Source: an uncultured bacterium (GTDB lineage: Bacteria; Hydrogenedentota; Hydrogenedentia; Hydrogenedentales; JAEUWI01). Taken from it: DNA of 25,662 nucleotides. Under the pieces are notes generated by a model, which did not search any database, had not been told where the DNA came from, and saw only the letters and a list, made by a program, of their open reading frames with translations. Position numbers and translations under genes: made by a program. How positions within the stretch are numbered: the first letter of the stretch is position 1; every line of letters starts with the position of its first letter. The stretch covers positions 1 through 25,662 of the forward strand of contig CAXBPH010000082.1 in the NCBI GenBank assembly GCA_963977445.1, in the 5' to 3' direction. Of the stretch, positions 17,878 to 25,662 are shown piece after piece.

Positions 17878-19334
17878 AAAACTCCAGACCAGAATGTACC
17901 GGTTCCTATCCCCTGTTGGGCATGACCCGCCGCGAATGCCTCGGCAAAGTCGGCATGGGCCTCGGTGCCATCGCTCTCGGCCAATTGCTCCAGCCCAGCC
18001 AGGCGAGTGCGGCCACCCGCGATGCCGTCACCCTGCCACCACTCCACTTCGCCCCCAAGGCCAAACGGGTGATCTACCTCTTTCAAAGCGGTGGTCCGTC
18101 CCAGTTGGAGACTTTCGACTACAAACCCATGCTCGTGCAGCGAAACGGCGAGCAGTTGCCCGACTCCGTCCGACAGGGACAGCGGCTCACCGGCATGTCG
18201 GCCAATCAGGCCTCCCTCCCCATGGCGGGCTCCATCTTCAATTTTGCCCAACACGGCCAGAGCGGTGCCTGGGTAAGCGAGTTACTCCCCCACACGGCCA
18301 AGGTGGTCGATGACCTCTGCTTCATCAAATCCATGTATACCGAAGCCATCAACCACGATCCCGCCATCACCTTCCTGCAGACCGGCTCACAGCTATCGGG
18401 ACGCCCCAGTATTGGCTCCTGGTTGAGCTACGGGCTAGGCTCAGAGAGCGAAAACCTCCCGGCCTTTGTGGTCCTCGTCACCAAAGACCAGAGCGGCCAA
18501 CCCCTCTACGCACGGCTCTGGGGCAACGGGTTCCTTCCGGCTGCCCACCAGGGGGTGCGCTTCCGGTCGGGTAAAGACGCGGTCCTCTACCTCGAAAACC
18601 CCGAGGGCATTAGCCGGGGTGGACGCCGAAAACTCCTCGACAGCCTCATGGAACTCCACGAGCACAAGCAGGCCCAACAGAGCGACCCCGCCCTGGAAGC
18701 CCGTATCGCCCAATATGAAATGGCTTTCCGCATGCAGGAGTCCGTGCCCGAAGTTACCGATCTCTCCGACGAGCCCGAACATGTTTTGAATCTCTACGGT
18801 GAGGATGTAAAGAAGCCGGGCTCTTTCGCCGCCAACTGCCTGCTGGCGCGGCGACTCGCAGAAAAAGGCGTCCGCTTCATCCAGCTATACCACCAGGGTT
18901 GGGATCACCACGGAAACATACCCAGTGGCATGCGCGACATGACCCAGAAGACGGACCAGGGTTCTGCGGCCCTCATTGCCGACCTCAAGCAGCGGGGCAT
19001 GCTCGAAGACACCCTCGTCATTTGGGGCGGTGAATTTGGCCGCACCAACTATTCCCAGGGGGAACTCACCGCCACCAACTACGGCCGAGACCATCATCCG
19101 CGCTGCTTTTCCATGTGGATGGCCGGCGGAGGCGTCAAACCGGGCATCACCTATGGTGCCACCGATGAATTTGGCTACAACGTGGCCGAGAATGGCGTAC
19201 ACGTCCACGATTTCCACGCCACCCTCTTGCACCTGCTCGGCATCGACCACGAACGCCTGACCTATGACTTCCAGGGGCGGGCCTTCCGCCTCACCGATGT
19301 CTTCGGGAAGGTCGTGAAGGATATCCTCGCCTGA
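17874..19334 (+). CDS. DUF1501 family protein (sulfatase-like fold), Tat-exported
   Basis: ATGA overlap with the upstream stop (translational coupling). TRRECL twin-arginine-like signal; motifs [46 protein letters not shown]. Confidence 0.9.
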   Translation: MKNSRPECTGSYPLLGMTRRECLGKVGMGLGAIALGQLLQPSQASAATRDAVTLPPLHFAPKAKRVIYLFQSGGPSQLETFDYKPMLVQRNGEQLPDSVRQGQRLTGMSANQASLPMAGSIFNFAQHGQSGAWVSELLPHTAKVVDDLCFIKSMYTEAINHDPAITFLQTGSQLSGRPSIGSWLSYGLGSESENLPAFVVLVTKDQSGQPLYARLWGNGFLPAAHQGVRFRSGKDAVLYLENPEGISRGGRRKLLDSLMELHEHKQAQQSDPALEARIAQYEMAFRMQESVPEVTDLSDEPEHVLNLYGEDVKKPGSFAANCLLARRLAEKGVRFIQLYHQGWDHHGNIPSGMRDMTQKTDQGSAALIADLKQRGMLEDTLVIWGGEFGRTNYSQGELTATNYGRDHHPRCFSMWMAGGGVKPGITYGATDEFGYNVAENGVHVHDFHATLLHLLGIDHERLTYDFQGRAFRLTDVFGKVVKDILA

Positions 19335-19340
19335 CCCGGT

Positions 19341-20276
19341 TCACCGTTCCGATTCGCCGAGTGTTTCGCTATATACATCCTTCAGACTTCGTTCCATCCG
19401 ATCCCGTAGCGCCACGGCCAATTCTTTCAAACTCGCCGCCTTCGGATAGGTCTTCCGATATACCAGCGCAATATCCCGGCGGGGCGTCGGCGAGTGCAGG
19501 GGCCGTATCGCTATGGGCGACGACGCCGCAAAGGGGCCAATCGTGCTGAGCTTGGGCAGGAAGGTGCACCCCATGCCTGCACTTACCATCTGTCGCAACG
19601 ATTCGATACTCGAGGCACGATAGCCCTCTGGATCGGCCGGCCGGGACCCCCGACACAGGCTCAAGGTCTGGTCCCGCATACAATTTCCTTCCTCCAGCAG
19701 CAGAATGGGCTCGTCCGACAGCTCGTCCATGGCAATCGTTTTTTTCTTCGCCAACGGATGAGATTTCGGTAAACCCGCGACCAATTCCTCCCGAAAGAAG
19801 ACCATATAGGACAAATCGGGCTGCTCAATCGGTAAGGACATGATGGCAGCATCCAGGGAGGAATGCTGAAGTTGTTCCACCAGCTGGTGGGTCATGGCCT
19901 CCCGCAGATAGAGTTTGACCTCTGGATAGACCGCCTTAAGCTCCGGTAACAGGTGGGGCAGCAGATAGGGCCCCACCGTCGGTATCACGCCGAGATAGAG
20001 GGGCCCTGCAAGCCCCCCCGTATCCCCACGGGCTACATCACGAATCTCCCCAATGCCATCCAGCACCGCACCGGCCCGGGCCAGAATCTGGCGGCCCATA
20101 TCCGTCAGAGAGACCCGCCGCTTGTCCCGCTCAAAAAGGGTCACCCCCAGCTCCTTCTCGAGCTTGGCAATCTGCATGCTCAACGTGGGCTGGGTAACGT
20201 GGCAACGCTCCGCCGCCTGACCAAAGTGACGGGTCTCCGCCAGGGCCACGAAATATTCTAAATCTCTAATCGTCAT
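19341..20276 (-). CDS. oxyR: Hydrogen peroxide-inducible LysR-type regulator OxyR
   Basis: ATG 20276 after AAGGAGGT. LysR HTH (HFGQAAERCHVTQPTLSMQI), GVIPTVGPYLLP, redox pair LEEGNCMRDQTLSLC (C199/C208 equivalents), ASSIESLRQMV..GMG.TFLP. Divergent from katG. Confidence 0.93.
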   Translation of the reverse strand: MTIRDLEYFVALAETRHFGQAAERCHVTQPTLSMQIAKLEKELGVTLFERDKRRVSLTDMGRQILARAGAVLDGIGEIRDVARGDTGGLAGPLYLGVIPTVGPYLLPHLLPELKAVYPEVKLYLREAMTHQLVEQLQHSSLDAAIMSLPIEQPDLSYMVFFREELVAGLPKSHPLAKKKTIAMDELSDEPILLLEEGNCMRDQTLSLCRGSRPADPEGYRASSIESLRQMVSAGMGCTFLPKLSTIGPFAASSPIAIRPLHSPTPRRDIALVYRKTYPKAASLKELAVALRDRMERSLKDVYSETLGESER

Positions 20277-20393
20277 GACAACCTCCTTCTCCAGACCAAT
20301 CGAAGTGCTACCTGCCACCGGTAAGCAGGGAAAATACGGCGGGCCACCCCGGAAATCGGTCATCGACCTCCCACAGGTTAACTACCACACTTC

Positions 20394-20430
20394 ATAGTCT
20401 CAGCCTATTACAACAATCTAAATTATCGAT
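20394..20430 (+). promoter_or_regulatory. OxyR binding site
   Basis: ATAG-N7-CTAT-N7-ATCT-N7-CGAT matches the OxyR consensus ATAG-N7-CTAT-N7-ATAG-N7-CTAT in spacing, located in the oxyR-katG divergent region. Confidence 0.8.
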
Positions 20431-20459
20431 TGGACGTATTGCAATTTACTTGCTACTCT
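20431..20459 (+). promoter_or_regulatory. Putative sigma70 promoter of katG (first copy)
   Basis: TGGACG-N17-TACTCT with an extended -10 TG; the -35 abuts the OxyR box. Confidence 0.6.
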
Positions 20460-20496
20460 AACAAGGACACACTGCGGCTCCGCCATGAGGGGGTAA

Positions 20497-22806
<2,310 letters not shown>

Positions 22807-22863
22807 TTGGAAACGGCACATCCAAAGCAGCGGACCAGGATTGTCCGCCAGTGTTAATTGTCA

Positions 22864-22904
22864 GGAGGGTCCGCCAGAGGCGTCTCTGAGCGGGCCCTTC
22901 TTAT
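22864..22904 (+). terminator. Putative intrinsic terminator after first katG
   Basis: Stem ggagggtccgc-cagag-gcgt-ctctg-a-gcgggcccttc with a short T-rich 3' end (ttcttat). Confidence 0.55.
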
Positions 22905-22969
22905 GCTCTGATTGAAGGACCTGAACGCGACGTCGCGAGGGCCGAATCTACGTTTCCGGGGGACAATCC

Positions 22970-23005
22970 CACGTATCTCTCTTACGTGTCGGGGATAGAT
23001 ACGTG
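22970..23005. promoter_or_regulatory. Inverted repeat upstream of second katG (candidate operator)
   Basis: cacgtatct-N18-agatacgtg, a perfect 9-bp inverted repeat with a further tacgtg in the spacer, followed by an AT-rich stretch up to the ATG. Confidence 0.35.
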
Positions 23006-23066
23006 TTTACCATAAATGTAAATCCAATAAATCTGTAGTACAAACAAAATCAAAAACAGGAATTAA

Positions 23067-25469
<2,403 letters not shown>

Positions 25470-25494
25470 TCGCAACACCACACAGCGAACGGAA

Positions 25495-25541
25495 ATAAAA
25501 CAAAAAATCAGGGTCGCCAGACCTGTCTGGCGACCCTGATT
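25495..25541. terminator. Strong hairpin, likely (bidirectional) terminator
   Basis: Perfect 17-bp inverted repeat aatcagggtcgccagac-ct-gtctggcgaccctgatt. The preceding A-tract gives a U-tail on the minus strand. Confidence 0.7.
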
Positions 25542-25662
25542 CACTCATGAAAAAGTCAGTCTTCGCAGACCTCATCTTGATAAGATATGGAAATTCGGTT
25601 AAACGTCTTGGCAAGCCCCCTGTCTTTGGTCCAGGGCTTATGAGAGTTTCTATGGTTTTGGG

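Noticed and set aside
19650..19700. OxyR has GNCMR rather than GHCLR before the peroxidatic Cys
   Set aside because: Both redox cysteines are intact, and as I recall this variant occurs in characterised OxyR proteins such as Neisseria; not novel.
20485..20496. Mini-uORF ATG AGG GGG TAA in the katG leader
   Set aside because: Only three codons and no suitably spaced RBS; likely chance.

Overview
GC-rich bacterial chromosomal window. The gene content suggests a PVC-type or Hydrogenedentes-like organism; this is inference. In order: 3' end of a cardiolipin synthase; cysE; a first Planctomycete-type di-heme cytochrome c (PSCyt1/DUF1549/DUF1553) plus Tat-exported DUF1501 pair (minus strand); a D-psicose/D-tagatose 3-epimerase-family enzyme; an exported alpha/beta hydrolase; a Tat-exported Gfo/Idh/MocA oxidoreductase; and a NagA-like deacetylase. 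Next come three tandem, highly diverged, membrane-anchored paralogs of unknown function, a ~135-nt rod-like structured RNA candidate with 6S-RNA-like architecture, and a small orphan ORF. The right half holds a second cytochrome c (with LamG insert) plus DUF1501 pair, then oxyR divergent from two tandem catalase-peroxidases (katG). The first katG is cytoplasmic and has a clear OxyR box; the second carries a signal peptide and probably has its own promoter. No rRNA, tRNA, CRISPR array or transposase was seen.
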